Made by a program: the position numbers and the translations under genes. A DNA stretch of 64,000 nucleotides from Candidatus Woesearchaeota archaeon (lineage in GTDB: Archaea > Nanobdellota > Nanobdellia > Woesearchaeales > GW2011-AR9): NCBI GenBank assembly GCA_016188115.1, contig JACPIK010000002.1, positions 680,077 to 744,076 on the forward strand. The letters are read 5' to 3'. The notes under the pieces are model-generated. The model was not told the origin of the DNA. It searched no databases and saw only the letters and a list, made by a program, of their open reading frames with translations. Shown here piece after piece: positions 48,088 through 58,356 of this stretch (within the stretch, counting starts at the first letter, position 1; each line of letters starts with the position of its first letter).

Positions 48088-49011
48088 TTATTTCTTCTTA
48101 ACCTTCTCAACATTCTTGCCGAGCTTCAATTTCTTAATCAATTCTTTGTATCGATTACGAATGGTTACTTCAGTAACACCAGCAACATCAGCAACTTCAC
48201 GTTGAGTTCGTTTCTCACCATGAATTAAAGAAGCGACATATAATGCAGCAGCAGCAATACCCGTTGGACCTCGACCAGAGGTTAACTCAATATCACGCGC
48301 CATTTCCAGAATCTCAACAGCATGGGATTGTGTTTCAGCCGAAAGCTTCAACGCAGACGCAAACCGAGGGATATAATCCGCAGGATTGCTTGGTTTGATA
48401 TTAATCTCTAGTTCACGAGTAACAAAACGATACGTTCGCCCAATTTCTTTCTTCTCAATACCAGACGCTTCACCCATCTCATCAAGAGTACGAGGAATTT
48501 CATGACGTCGACACGCAGCATACAATGCTCCAGCAATGACCGATTCCATAGAACGACCGCGAACTAACCCTTTCTGAACTGCGCGGCGATAAATTCGCGC
48601 TGCTTCTTCTTCAACAGAACGAGGAAGACGTAAAAATGAACTCACCCTCTTCAGCTCAGCCAAAGCAACTTTCAAGTTACGTTCAATTGCCGTGCTAATA
48701 CGAATATTCCATTTACGCAAACGGAAAAAACGATCTCGTTCTTTTTCAGAACCTAATTTGTAAAGATCAGATGAAGAACCTACTTCTGTTCCTAAACCTT
48801 GATCAAATTGAGTCTCGGAACTAGGAGCCCCTGTACGTCGTCGGCTTCCACCGCTATCATCATCAAAATCACGCCATTCCTGACTAAAATCAACCATACG
48901 ATCTTCAAGAACAAGACCGCAATCACGGCAGATGGTTTCACCACGTTCAACATCACGATGGATGTTTTTACTGGCACATTCAGGACATTCTTTGATGGAT
49001 TTACGAATCAT
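48088..49011 (-). CDS. tfb: Transcription initiation factor IIB (TFB)
   Basis: N-terminal zinc ribbon CPECAS...CRDCG, a B-finger/linker, and two cyclin-fold repeats. Confidence 0.9.
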   Translation of the reverse strand: MIRKSIKECPECASKNIHRDVERGETICRDCGLVLEDRMVDFSQEWRDFDDDSGGSRRRTGAPSSETQFDQGLGTEVGSSSDLYKLGSEKERDRFFRLRKWNIRISTAIERNLKVALAELKRVSSFLRLPRSVEEEAARIYRRAVQKGLVRGRSMESVIAGALYAACRRHEIPRTLDEMGEASGIEKKEIGRTYRFVTRELEINIKPSNPADYIPRFASALKLSAETQSHAVEILEMARDIELTSGRGPTGIAAAALYVASLIHGEKRTQREVADVAGVTEVTIRNRYKELIKKLKLGKNVEKVKKK

Positions 49012-49080
49012 ACAGCTTATCCTTCCCTAGCCAAAATAACCTGCTAGAACGCTAAATTTATATATGATCTTCAAAAGTCA

Positions 49081-49124
49081 TTTATAAATCTTTCGAAAAT
49101 AAAGCTCACAGAAAGATTTATAAA
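49081..49124. promoter_or_regulatory. Perfect 14-nt inverted repeat with a TATA-like core in each arm, upstream of tfb
   Basis: TTTATAAATCTTTC, then 16 nt, then GAAAGATTTATAAA. Lies 70-113 bp upstream of the tfb start. Confidence 0.4.
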
Positions 49125-49145
49125 AGTGCTAAGAATCATTTTAAC

Positions 49146-49289
49146 ATGCAAAAAAGAGGCCAATTAGGGATTATTGAGTTTAAATATTTCATGGGAGGGC
49201 TCTTTGTAGGATTAATCATTGCACTTGTTCTTGTAGCATTAGGGACAAATGGTGTGTTACCCTTCAAAATACCCCTTGTCTGTGGATAA
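49146..49289 (+). CDS. Possible small (47 aa) single-TM protein, not in the ORF track
   Basis: MQKRGQLGIIEFKYFMGGLFVGLIIALVLVALGTNGVLPFKIPLVCG. One clear TM helix. Confidence 0.25.
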   Translation: MQKRGQLGIIEFKYFMGGLFVGLIIALVLVALGTNGVLPFKIPLVCG

Positions 49290-49491
49290 AAAAGGGTCTA
49301 TTTTAACATAGACTAGAATCTAGTTTTTACTTTATAAGTTTTTATCCCCTCTAAAAAACAATCTAACTCTTCTGGAATAGAAAACATTAATAAGAAAGAA
49401 CTATCCACAAACACCTACCAAAAACTCGTAGAACCACACACAAAAAGGTCGTTCTCCGCAGCCAATTGTCAATAAAGAAGGTAGAGAAATA

Positions 49492-50061
49492 TTGACAAAA
49501 AAAGGGGTGAATATAATGGATGTAGAAAGAATTCAGAAAATAAATGCTCTTGCTCTTGAACTTATGAAAAAGGGACTAGCAAGCGATAGAGAAAACGCAG
49601 TAATGCAAGCAGAAGAAGTATTCAAAAGTCAACACGCAGGCGATTACCGTGAAATGCGTTCCACATTAAGTGCAGTGCAAGAAGTAGCACAACCACGTCG
49701 TGACGCAAGCTCCCAAATCGACCTTAGCCAAGATCGTGTTAAAGATATTCTTGAACAAAATAGCAAATTCTTAGTGCAAAAAATCAGAGAGTTTCAAGAA
49801 AAGATGGATGCTATGGAACGTGAAGTAGAAGGACTTAAAATCAAGTTAAATTACCAACGCCTTCCTACCGCAGCAACAGTAGTATCAAATCAACCTGCAG
49901 GATCAGTACCTATTCAAGCACCAGCATCAATGCATGTTCCACCTATGCCTAGCTCCGGTTCTCAAGGTGGTGCAGCAGCACCAGGTAGCCATCCTCGCTC
50001 GGGCAACTTTAAAGATACTGATGTATCCATTGAGAAATTCTTTTACATGGGTCACAAATAG
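49492..50061 (+). CDS. Hypothetical protein (helical N-domain, Pro/Ser-rich C-terminus)
   Basis: ORF only. Confidence 0.35.
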   Translation: MTKKGVNIMDVERIQKINALALELMKKGLASDRENAVMQAEEVFKSQHAGDYREMRSTLSAVQEVAQPRRDASSQIDLSQDRVKDILEQNSKFLVQKIREFQEKMDAMEREVEGLKIKLNYQRLPTAATVVSNQPAGSVPIQAPASMHVPPMPSSGSQGGAAAPGSHPRSGNFKDTDVSIEKFFYMGHK

Positions 50062-50248
50062 ACTTTTTTAATTTTCTTTTTTGTAATTTTTATTTTTAGC
50101 TTCTAAAAAATCCATCACCAATTACCCCATTATCTATATTGCAATTAACAAGTTGCCTACTATTATCAGGATCAGTTTACTTTGCCCATGAGGAATTATC
50201 CAAAGAATCAAACACACCCACCGATAGATTTTTAAAGAAAGTAACTAC

Positions 50249-51793
50249 TTGAGAATAAAAACAAGATGGTGGGGAGGGGTTAAAATCGCAACAAACAAAT
50301 TTGTATTACTATTATCATTTCTATTGTTATTTACTGCTGTAAGTGCTCTTGCAGACGTAAGTATTGTTGACGCCAACGACGTTGCTCTCAACAACATCAC
50401 CGCTGAGATTGACTATTCTCAATTTGACGATGAGAATGATGAAACTATCAACAAAACAATTACTCTTCGTATCAATAACACCAACGCGCAAGATGAAACT
50501 GTGCAAGTAACTGTTACCGGTTTACCTGCTGACTACTCTTTTAGAACATCTGCTGCGCAAGTTTTAGTTCCAGCAGGTCAAACTCAAACTCTAGATCTTA
50601 CTGTGAGTGCCCCTCATGAACAAGACGCTGGTAAAATTAAAATTGGAACTATCCAAGTAAAACAAAATAATAATGTTCTAGACCAAGTTGAATTAATCCA
50701 AGATACGAAAAGCATGTTTCGCCTTGATGAACTCAAAATCGAATACAAAACCGATGAAGATGACAGTCAAAGTGAAGATGCATGTGATGAAGGAACCTTT
50801 TGTGAAGCTAAAGGCACCCCAACCACATATGATCTTGAAGAAAAAGTAAAAATTGGAACAACCGTTCAACTTACTTTCAAAATTGAAAATCTCTTTAACA
50901 AAGATTACAATGATGGAGATCTAGAAGACATCCAAATCACCATCGAGTCTGATGACAGCGGCTTATACACTGATGAATTTGATGAAGAATTTGACAATCT
51001 TGAAGATATTACCGCTGACGAGAAAAAAACCTACGAATTCGAATTCGACGTAGATCCTGAAGCAGACGAAGATGTGTATACTCTTAACATTAAAATTGAA
51101 GCAGAAGATAGCAACGGAGCAAAATATCTTCTTGAACGAGAAATCGATCTTGACACTATCCGTGAAAAAGATGATATTCGTATCCAACAAGCTCAACTTC
51201 AACCTACCACAGTAAGTAGCTGTAATCCTAGTTTTAGCCTAAGCACAGAACTAGAAAACTTTGGATCAAAAAAACAAAATTTTGCATCCCTTAAGATAAA
51301 ATCTGACAGCCTAAAAATTGATCAAGAAGAAAAAAACATTGAACTTGAAGAATTTGATGGAGGAGATAGCACCTTCGAAAAAACTTTCACGTACAATATT
51401 CCTAGCAATCTTAAAGCAGGAGAATACAAAATTGATCTCACTGCCTATGTTCGCACAGGAGAATTATCTGATCAAAAACAAGTAGAATTAAAAGTTGAAG
51501 AATGCGATGGTCAGGAAACACAAGAAGAAGAGGAACCAGAAGTTGCTCCTTCCACCCCACAAAATCAAACAACTCAAAATCGGAGTGGAACAGTTGTAAC
51601 AACAAGTACCCTTCCTCCTACCCAAGCACAACAACCAGTAACACAACCAAACGCAAATCCTTCATACCAAGTACCTCGTACTCTTGAAGACCCGTACACC
51701 GTTGAAGATTTGTTCATCGCAGGAATTGTGATTGCAGTAGTATTGATCATTACCTTAATTGTCGTGTTTTTCGTACTGTTGCTACGCCGATAA
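50249..51793 (+). CDS. Acidic secreted surface protein with C-terminal TM anchor
   Basis: Signal FVLLLSFLLLFTAVSALA. Very D/E-rich. Thr/Gln-rich stalk. C-terminal TM IAGIVIAVVLIITLIVVFFVLLLRR. Confidence 0.5.
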   Translation: MRIKTRWWGGVKIATNKFVLLLSFLLLFTAVSALADVSIVDANDVALNNITAEIDYSQFDDENDETINKTITLRINNTNAQDETVQVTVTGLPADYSFRTSAAQVLVPAGQTQTLDLTVSAPHEQDAGKIKIGTIQVKQNNNVLDQVELIQDTKSMFRLDELKIEYKTDEDDSQSEDACDEGTFCEAKGTPTTYDLEEKVKIGTTVQLTFKIENLFNKDYNDGDLEDIQITIESDDSGLYTDEFDEEFDNLEDITADEKKTYEFEFDVDPEADEDVYTLNIKIEAEDSNGAKYLLEREIDLDTIREKDDIRIQQAQLQPTTVSSCNPSFSLSTELENFGSKKQNFASLKIKSDSLKIDQEEKNIELEEFDGGDSTFEKTFTYNIPSNLKAGEYKIDLTAYVRTGELSDQKQVELKVEECDGQETQEEEEPEVAPSTPQNQTTQNRSGTVVTTSTLPPTQAQQPVTQPNANPSYQVPRTLEDPYTVEDLFIAGIVIAVVLIITLIVVFFVLLLRR

Positions 51794-51830
51794 ACAGAGC
51801 AAACGAAAATCAAAAAACAGGTAAAATACT

Positions 51831-52862
51831 ATGAACAAAAACTCAATCCTGACAAGCGTTGTTTTTTTTATCTTTCTTTCTTTAGTTTCTATTTCAGCTC
51901 TTGCCCAACTTCAAATTGAAAAGATAGAAGTTAATGGCAATACCGATGGGGATCTAGAAATTGAAGAAAATAACGAATTTGAGATTACGGTACAAAATAA
52001 TGCTAATATCAGCATTGAAGATGTCCAAGTCACCGTTACAATACTTGATGTAGATAGTGAAGATATTGATGAGAATAGTGATGAAGAAGACATCCGCAGC
52101 GGTGATGACGAAAAATTCACAGTAGATATCGATCTTTCAGGAGAAGATCTTGATAAAGACTCATTTGAAGTTGAAGTTCTAGTAGAAGGCGAAGACAATA
52201 ATGGAGTTGAATACAGTACTGTTGAAAATATAACCGTTGGCCTTGATTTAGAAAACCACCAGTTAATTATTGATCGTGCAGTTCTTGCCCCATCAACACT
52301 TCAGTGTTCTCGCACTGCTCGACTTGAAGTAACTGTTGAAAACCAAGGTAAAAGTGATGAAGATGACGTAGTCATTCGTGTTTCTAACAGCCAGCTCAAC
52401 CTTGAAGCGCATGAAGATGAGATTGATATTGATGAATTTACAGAAAACAACAACGATGTTGAAGAAACATTTTTGTTAAATTTCGAAAATGCCAAAGCAG
52501 GAACCTATATCCTCGTGGTCCAAGTATTTAGAGATGAAAATAAGCTTGCTGACACACAAGAAGTTACTCTCAAAATTCAAGATTGTGCACAATCAGCAAC
52601 CACAACCACTCCAGAGAGATCCCAATATACCATATCTAACTCGCAGGATTACGCTCAACAGTTGCAACGCTTTGTGAACCAACAAACAGTGCAAACTAAA
52701 CCAGCATCAACCTCGACAACCCCTGCAGTGCAACCTAATGTTCTTCGTGCTTCATTTCGTGAAAGCGACACCTATGTAGCCATGTTAGGAATACTCTTAG
52801 TATTAGGCTTTATTGCATTAATACTTGCAGTAACGGTAATGCTAGCAAAAAGAAAACGCTAA
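51831..52862 (+). CDS. Acidic secreted surface protein with C-terminal TM anchor (paralog of the previous gene)
   Basis: Signal VVFFIFLSLVSISALA. D/E-rich. A conserved C-proximal block (…LKIQDCAQS… versus …LKVEECDGQ…). C-terminal TM plus KRKR. Confidence 0.5.
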   Translation: MNKNSILTSVVFFIFLSLVSISALAQLQIEKIEVNGNTDGDLEIEENNEFEITVQNNANISIEDVQVTVTILDVDSEDIDENSDEEDIRSGDDEKFTVDIDLSGEDLDKDSFEVEVLVEGEDNNGVEYSTVENITVGLDLENHQLIIDRAVLAPSTLQCSRTARLEVTVENQGKSDEDDVVIRVSNSQLNLEAHEDEIDIDEFTENNNDVEETFLLNFENAKAGTYILVVQVFRDENKLADTQEVTLKIQDCAQSATTTTPERSQYTISNSQDYAQQLQRFVNQQTVQTKPASTSTTPAVQPNVLRASFRESDTYVAMLGILLVLGFIALILAVTVMLAKRKR

Positions 52863-52875
52863 GAACTCACTTAAT

Positions 52876-53514
52876 TTATTTTTTATAAATTACTTCCTTT
52901 TCTCCCTTTTTAATTTTGGTTTTAACAGTAGTTTGTTCGAATATTCCCATCTCTTGAGCCGGCAACTCTTCTACCATCTTTTTTAATTTCGCCAACCGCT
53001 TCCAACTCTTCTCCAATTTATCGTTACAATACGAAACGAGCCACTCTTTATCACCTGCAAAAACCAACTCTCCTCGGTCATAAAACGGCATCTCTACAAC
53101 TGCACTATCGCGAATTTCTATAATAATTTTCTTAGAAGCTGTTAAAATACAACTTTTTTTGCAGATTGCTCGCGCCGCTTCTACAAAACGATTTGCTGTA
53201 GCCATATCTCGACAACAAACATGCAAAATAAACGTCTCCATACGCAACCAAACCATACCCCTGCTTTTTTGCGTAGCAGATAGTTCAAAAAAAGACAAAT
53301 CAATTGGATCATGACTTACTTTAATCCATTCGGTTTCATTCTTCTTGCCAGATCCACTCCAAAAATACGTGCGACCAGAGCAAGTGGAAGTCGTATAAAG
53401 ATCAGGATGCTTATTAACAGATTCAATAAAAGGGATTGCTCGCTCATCGATGCTTCCTTTCTTGCTTTTGTCAAGCTTGGCAAGGAAGGTTTTTTTGTCG
53501 TTGTTAAAAGGCAT
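52876..53514 (-). CDS. taw3: tRNA wybutosine-synthesis protein Taw3 (TYW3 family)
   Basis: KGSIDERAIPFIESVNKHPDLYTTSTCSGR (the SCSGR motif). Confidence 0.65.
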   Translation of the reverse strand: MPFNNDKKTFLAKLDKSKKGSIDERAIPFIESVNKHPDLYTTSTCSGRTYFWSGSGKKNETEWIKVSHDPIDLSFFELSATQKSRGMVWLRMETFILHVCCRDMATANRFVEAARAICKKSCILTASKKIIIEIRDSAVVEMPFYDRGELVFAGDKEWLVSYCNDKLEKSWKRLAKLKKMVEELPAQEMGIFEQTTVKTKIKKGEKEVIYKK

Positions 53515-53547
53515 AATAAAAGAAAAAAAGAAGTTACTTTAAAATTG

Positions 53548-54216
53548 TTACCTGTCGTAGAACTCCACTCTCTTTGTCCAGCGAACGGAATCACTTAGAT
53601 CTTCACGCGAATGATATTTTCCTGCCAGATCATCTAAGACAAAATCAAGTATATTCTCAAGATCAACATCACGTGACTGAAATTTCAACACAACACGATC
53701 TGTACTTGTGCCTATGTCGAAAACACCATGTTCTTGTTTTTTGCCAATAGCGTATTTTACGTCAATTTCGCCAGAGAGTCGCGAAACTTCATCTTTCCAC
53801 GCTTGATATGTTGTTGCAGGAAGAATTGACTGTCCACCAGCATGTTCACCTTGACGTATTTCATGCCACCAACCATGTTCCCCCGTATCAAAAAAGCGAT
53901 AAAGTGTTTCCTTCGGACGGTCAATATATCCTCCAACAAGAGGCATGCCGAATTCTTCTTTGAATCGTTGCATCATGTCGCCATTAATAGCTGGACTCGC
54001 CCAAGGATCGATTGCCAGGCTACAGGTATGATATCTTCTTTTTCCATCAAGAAATTCAAATGTATAAATCTCATCATCAGAGATATGACCTAATAATTTC
54101 TTAGCGAAAACTGCCGTAGGTTGTTCCCTACGTATTGCATCAACAAAATCAGATTTTTCCCCCGCTGCTGAACCGCAAAGACGACCATAGCCAAAACTCA
54201 TTTTTTCAGGTTCCAT
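53548..54216 (-). CDS. Hypothetical protein
   Basis: ORF with no recognised motif. Confidence 0.3.
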   Translation of the reverse strand: MEPEKMSFGYGRLCGSAAGEKSDFVDAIRREQPTAVFAKKLLGHISDDEIYTFEFLDGKRRYHTCSLAIDPWASPAINGDMMQRFKEEFGMPLVGGYIDRPKETLYRFFDTGEHGWWHEIRQGEHAGGQSILPATTYQAWKDEVSRLSGEIDVKYAIGKKQEHGVFDIGTSTDRVVLKFQSRDVDLENILDFVLDDLAGKYHSREDLSDSVRWTKRVEFYDR

Positions 54217-54350
54217 GTTTTTCCTCCATCTACACCCATCAAACCTATTCTTTCCAGCTCACTACCACATATTAATTTGACCACTAAAATACCACTTGTT
54301 TGAATCAAAAAACAATATGTTTATATACATAATGACTCATTTGAACCATA

Positions 54351-54803
54351 ATGATTGATGAAACTGACTTAAAGATTATTGAAATACTCAAACAAGATTC
54401 CTCTCTCTCCACTCACCAGATTACCAAGAAAATACAGATTCCACAAACCACAGTACTCAACCGTATTCGCAAGTTACAAGAAGCCAATATCATTGAGAAA
54501 TTTACCATCAAACTTAACCATAAACAACTCGGCAAAACCCAAAAAGCAGTCATCTTTGTTAAAGTTGATACCCGCACTGAACGCAGTACAGAAAAACGAG
54601 TAGGTGATATTGAAGAAAAAATTGCCAAAGACGAAAGAGTCTTAAATATCAAGCGGTTGATGGGCAGATACGATTTCGTTATCGAGCTGGCGTGCACCTC
54701 CATCGATGACCTTAACGATTTCCTTATCAACAAAGTACGATCAAAAGAGTGCATCGCAGAAACCGAGACCATGATGGTACTCAAAGAATGGAATAATAAT
54801 TAA
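54351..54803 (+). CDS. lrp: Lrp/AsnC-family transcriptional regulator
   Basis: DLKIIEILKQDSSLSTHQITKKIQIPQTTVLNRIRKLQEANIIE HTH plus a RAM domain. Confidence 0.8.
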   Translation: MIDETDLKIIEILKQDSSLSTHQITKKIQIPQTTVLNRIRKLQEANIIEKFTIKLNHKQLGKTQKAVIFVKVDTRTERSTEKRVGDIEEKIAKDERVLNIKRLMGRYDFVIELACTSIDDLNDFLINKVRSKECIAETETMMVLKEWNNN

Positions 54804-54842
54804 CAAAACTAATTAAAAAATAATACTACAAGAGGGAAAAGT

Positions 54843-55574
54843 ATGAAAAACATTGAAAAAGTCGCAGTGGAACTCACCACGAACAAAAAATATCTTCTTA
54901 AAACCATCACAGATGATTTTATCACCCCGCAAGGTATGCTCAATAAACGCGATCTAAAACAAGACGGTAGAATCCGTGCAAGCACTGGTAAAGTATTCTC
55001 CATTATCAAACCTTCTTTTGTTGACCTTTGGGAAAATCTCAAACGTGGACCGCAGATCATGGTGCAAAAAGATATTGGTCTTATTATCGCCAAAACTGGC
55101 ATCAACAAAGATTCAATCGTTGTTGACGCTGGAGCAGGCACAGGTTCATTATGCCTCTCTCTTGCGAACATTTGCAAACATATTACTACATACGAAACCA
55201 ATGGTGAACATGCAGCCATCGTTGAAAGAAACATCCAAATGGTGGGATTTAACAATATTGTCCTCAAAAAAGAAAACATCAACAACGGAATTGTTGAAAC
55301 AGACGTAGACCTCATAACTCTTGATCTCCCCGAACCGTGGAAAGTATTAGAACATGCAGAAAAAGCATTAGTCATGGGAGGATTTCTCGTTATCTATTTA
55401 CCCAATATTCTTCAAGTCAAAACATTCGTTGACACCATTCCCAAAAGTGGCATTTCCTTACTTGAGGTTGTCGAATTAATGGAACGCCAATGGCGCGTCG
55501 AAGAGAATATTGTCCGTCCAGAATTTGAGATGTTGGGACATACTGGGTTCTTGGTGTTCTGTAGGAAGATATAG
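54843..55574 (+). CDS. trmI: tRNA (m1A57/58) methyltransferase TrmI
   Basis: Gcd14/TrmI-type N-domain and the SAM motif VVDAGAGTGSLCLSLA. Confidence 0.8.
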   Translation: MKNIEKVAVELTTNKKYLLKTITDDFITPQGMLNKRDLKQDGRIRASTGKVFSIIKPSFVDLWENLKRGPQIMVQKDIGLIIAKTGINKDSIVVDAGAGTGSLCLSLANICKHITTYETNGEHAAIVERNIQMVGFNNIVLKKENINNGIVETDVDLITLDLPEPWKVLEHAEKALVMGGFLVIYLPNILQVKTFVDTIPKSGISLLEVVELMERQWRVEENIVRPEFEMLGHTGFLVFCRKI

Positions 55575-55619
55575 AATACTATCTAAATTCTTAAATACCA
55601 CTTTATTTGTTTTCTTAGC

Positions 55620-56039
55620 ATGCATCTTCCCATCAAAAAGCTCTCACCTGACGCCATCTTGCCACAATATGCACACGCAGGTGACGCAGGATTAGATTTC
55701 TTTTCCAACGAACATGTCACAATCTTACCTAACGAACGCCACGCTGTTGCCACCGGCATTGCCATGGCGATTCCTTTTGGCTATGTTGGATTACTCTGGG
55801 ATCGCTCCGGACTCGCAGTCAAAAATGGAATAAAACTCTTAGGAGGAGTAATTGACGCATCCTATCGAGGAGAAATTAAAATTATTATGTATAACACCGG
55901 AACCGAACCCCTCGTTATCACAAAAGGAATGAAGATTGCCCAAATGCTCATTCAACAATATCAACAGTGCACTATCCAAGAAACAAACGATCTTCCCGAC
56001 ACCAGCCGTGGTGACAAAGGCTTTGGCAGCACGGGATAA
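55620..56039 (+). CDS. dut: dUTP diphosphatase (trimeric dUTPase)
   Basis: Motifs AGDAGLD, RSGLA, GVIDASYRGE and the C-terminal GFGSTG. Confidence 0.85.
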   Translation: MHLPIKKLSPDAILPQYAHAGDAGLDFFSNEHVTILPNERHAVATGIAMAIPFGYVGLLWDRSGLAVKNGIKLLGGVIDASYRGEIKIIMYNTGTEPLVITKGMKIAQMLIQQYQQCTIQETNDLPDTSRGDKGFGSTG

Positions 56040-56792
56040 TTATCCCCATTTATAGGCAGGAATTCCACCTTCAGGAACAAGACTTTCAGGAGTAGTATTT
56101 GTTGAACGAGAATCTAAATATGCCTGAACGACCCTCATGCCTTTTGCTTCTCTTTGAAGTGCAAAATCAATTCCCGAGCAGGTTGCACGTTCACATCGTA
56201 AAGGAATCAATGCAATAAGATTACGATATCCTTGTCCACACAATTCACTCACCACTTCTCGATAATCAGCACTGCAACCTAAATCTTGCCCATCTCGCAA
56301 TATCGCTTTACGTCGATATTCACTCTCCGGCCAGAGTGCGGTCAAACTCAAGCGTGAAGCTATGAGAATTCTTCCATCTAAAGCTTCCGCCAACAAAGAG
56401 AAACGATAAGATAAAGGAACAAGACCACCCTTAATATGTCCTCTCATTAACTCCACCACAGGAACCATAGTAGAATCAACATCACCATCATCTTTCTGAT
56501 ACCAACGAGGATTTATTTGAAGCGAATGGTCATCCACCACAACAGCAATCCCTACGTTCTTATCATAAGCTATTCCGCGCTTTGCAAGACGTAGTGCTAG
56601 ATCAAAAGTATATTCAGAGAACAAGCCAAATCCTTCATCTTGGTTGTCACCAACAGCAGCTACCCCCTCCCTGTTTAATGGATAGTGACCACCCAAAATT
56701 GCAGTTGGACCTTTCCAGCCAGTAACAAATGTTTGAAGCTTTAACTCAAGTTCATCTAACGTGGGAATGATTGCTTTTGACATGAATATCAC
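56040..56792 (-). CDS. Conserved hypothetical protein
   Basis: 250-aa ORF with no motif I can assign confidently. Confidence 0.3.
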   Translation of the reverse strand: MIFMSKAIIPTLDELELKLQTFVTGWKGPTAILGGHYPLNREGVAAVGDNQDEGFGLFSEYTFDLALRLAKRGIAYDKNVGIAVVVDDHSLQINPRWYQKDDGDVDSTMVPVVELMRGHIKGGLVPLSYRFSLLAEALDGRILIASRLSLTALWPESEYRRKAILRDGQDLGCSADYREVVSELCGQGYRNLIALIPLRCERATCSGIDFALQREAKGMRVVQAYLDSRSTNTTPESLVPEGGIPAYKWG

Positions 56793-56883
56793 TTCGAAGT
56801 GATAAATTATATATTAAACTTCTAGTAGATTTTTAGTAATTTAATGGAAAAGTTAATAATAAATAACAGAGATTTACTAAATT

Positions 56884-57852
56884 ATGTACAAAATTGACAA
56901 TACTGATGCAAAACTGCTCGTAGAATTAGACCACAATGCTCGACAGGCAGAAACGACATTAGCTAAAAAGATCCACCGTTCTAAAGAATCTGTCAGATAC
57001 CGTATCAAAACTCTTGAGCAAAAAGGTGTTATCGAAGGACACACTATCTGGATTGACACAGTACAATTAGGCTACCACAGCGCAAAATTATATCTAACTC
57101 TTGCCAACAAACCAAAACTACGTGAGGAATTTGTAAAATATGTCACCCAAGATAAACGCCTCTTTTGGTTAGGTCTTGCTGACGGTGCTTGGAATGCAGG
57201 ACTTACCTATTTTGTCACCTCAAATCAAGAATTCTTCGAGCTCAAGAATGAATTATTTAGTCAATTCAAAGAACTGATCACCGCAAGCCAGATAGCATCA
57301 ATTGTTGAAATTGGATTCAAGAATAAAACTTTTCTTACACCTTCCGAATCTGTATGGAAAACTATGTTCACCCAACCTAAGACATTCTACACTTTAGATG
57401 CAGTTGAAAGGAAAATCCTTCGAGCACTTTTTGCCAACGGACGGATCTCCCTGACTCAACTTGCGCAGCAAACACAATCAACTATTGACATAGTACGACA
57501 TCGTATGCACAAGTTAGAAGAGAAGAAGATTATCGCACGATATGGTGCTCGTATCAATTACAACAAATTAGGATATGAATTTTACAAGACGTTCTGTTAC
57601 TTTCAAAACCTCACTAAGCAAGATGAAAAAAAGTTCCTAGAATATTGTCGAAAGCAACATCCAATTATACACTTTGTTAAAACAATCAGCTCATGGGACA
57701 TCGAATTAGAAAGCATGTGTAAAAGTTACCATGAATATCTTAAGATCATCAACGATTTAACAAGAGAGTTCCCCAGCATCATCAAAGTAGAGACAGCTAT
57801 CATGAGTGAGGATTATGTCTTTCCTGCTAAGAAGATGATTTTTGAAGAGTAG
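56884..57852 (+). CDS. Tandem (duplicated) Lrp/AsnC-like regulator
   Basis: Two successive HTH-plus-RAM units (DAKLLVELDHNARQAETTLAKKIHRSKESVRYRIKTLEQKGVIE and ERKILRALFANGRISLTQLAQQTQSTIDIVRHRMHKLEEKKII). Confidence 0.6.
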   Translation: MYKIDNTDAKLLVELDHNARQAETTLAKKIHRSKESVRYRIKTLEQKGVIEGHTIWIDTVQLGYHSAKLYLTLANKPKLREEFVKYVTQDKRLFWLGLADGAWNAGLTYFVTSNQEFFELKNELFSQFKELITASQIASIVEIGFKNKTFLTPSESVWKTMFTQPKTFYTLDAVERKILRALFANGRISLTQLAQQTQSTIDIVRHRMHKLEEKKIIARYGARINYNKLGYEFYKTFCYFQNLTKQDEKKFLEYCRKQHPIIHFVKTISSWDIELESMCKSYHEYLKIINDLTREFPSIIKVETAIMSEDYVFPAKKMIFEE

Positions 57853-57873
57853 AGATGAATGTTGTGTAGAAAT

Positions 57874-58356
57874 CTACTTCCCTACTTTCTTCTTCAACTC
57901 AGCCACTTCTTTCTTCAAATGTATCAAAATCTCCAGCTGTTTCTGATCAATACGCAAGTCACGCACATCTTTTTCTAAATCTAATTCAGCGCGAGCTTGA
58001 TCGCGTTTCGCTGCGCGATTTTGACTCATCAAGATAACAGGTGCCTGTAACGCTGCAACCATTGATAATCCAAGATTCAATAAAATGAAAGGAAATGGAT
58101 CAAAAGGCACACTTAGTAAAATCCCATTAGTAACAATCCATAAAACCAACACAACTAGAAATGTCGTAATGAATCTCCAACTGCCACCTACTTCCGCAAT
58201 CTTATCAGAAAATTTATCTAATTTTTTCAAATCTTTCTTGTAGAGCTGATCAATTCTTTCCAGTGTCGTCTCAACTTTATGAATTTCATGTTCAAAAACT
58301 TGGATAATATCTTCTTCGGTCTCAAAAAGAACAGAAGATTGTTTCTTCTTCCCCAC
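57874..58356 (-). CDS. DUF1003-family membrane protein
   Basis: SWRFITTFLVVLVLWIVTNGILL...FDPFPFILLNLGLSMVAALQAPVILMSQNR matches the DUF1003 signature. Confidence 0.55.
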   Translation of the reverse strand: MGKKKQSSVLFETEEDIIQVFEHEIHKVETTLERIDQLYKKDLKKLDKFSDKIAEVGGSWRFITTFLVVLVLWIVTNGILLSVPFDPFPFILLNLGLSMVAALQAPVILMSQNRAAKRDQARAELDLEKDVRDLRIDQKQLEILIHLKKEVAELKKKVGK

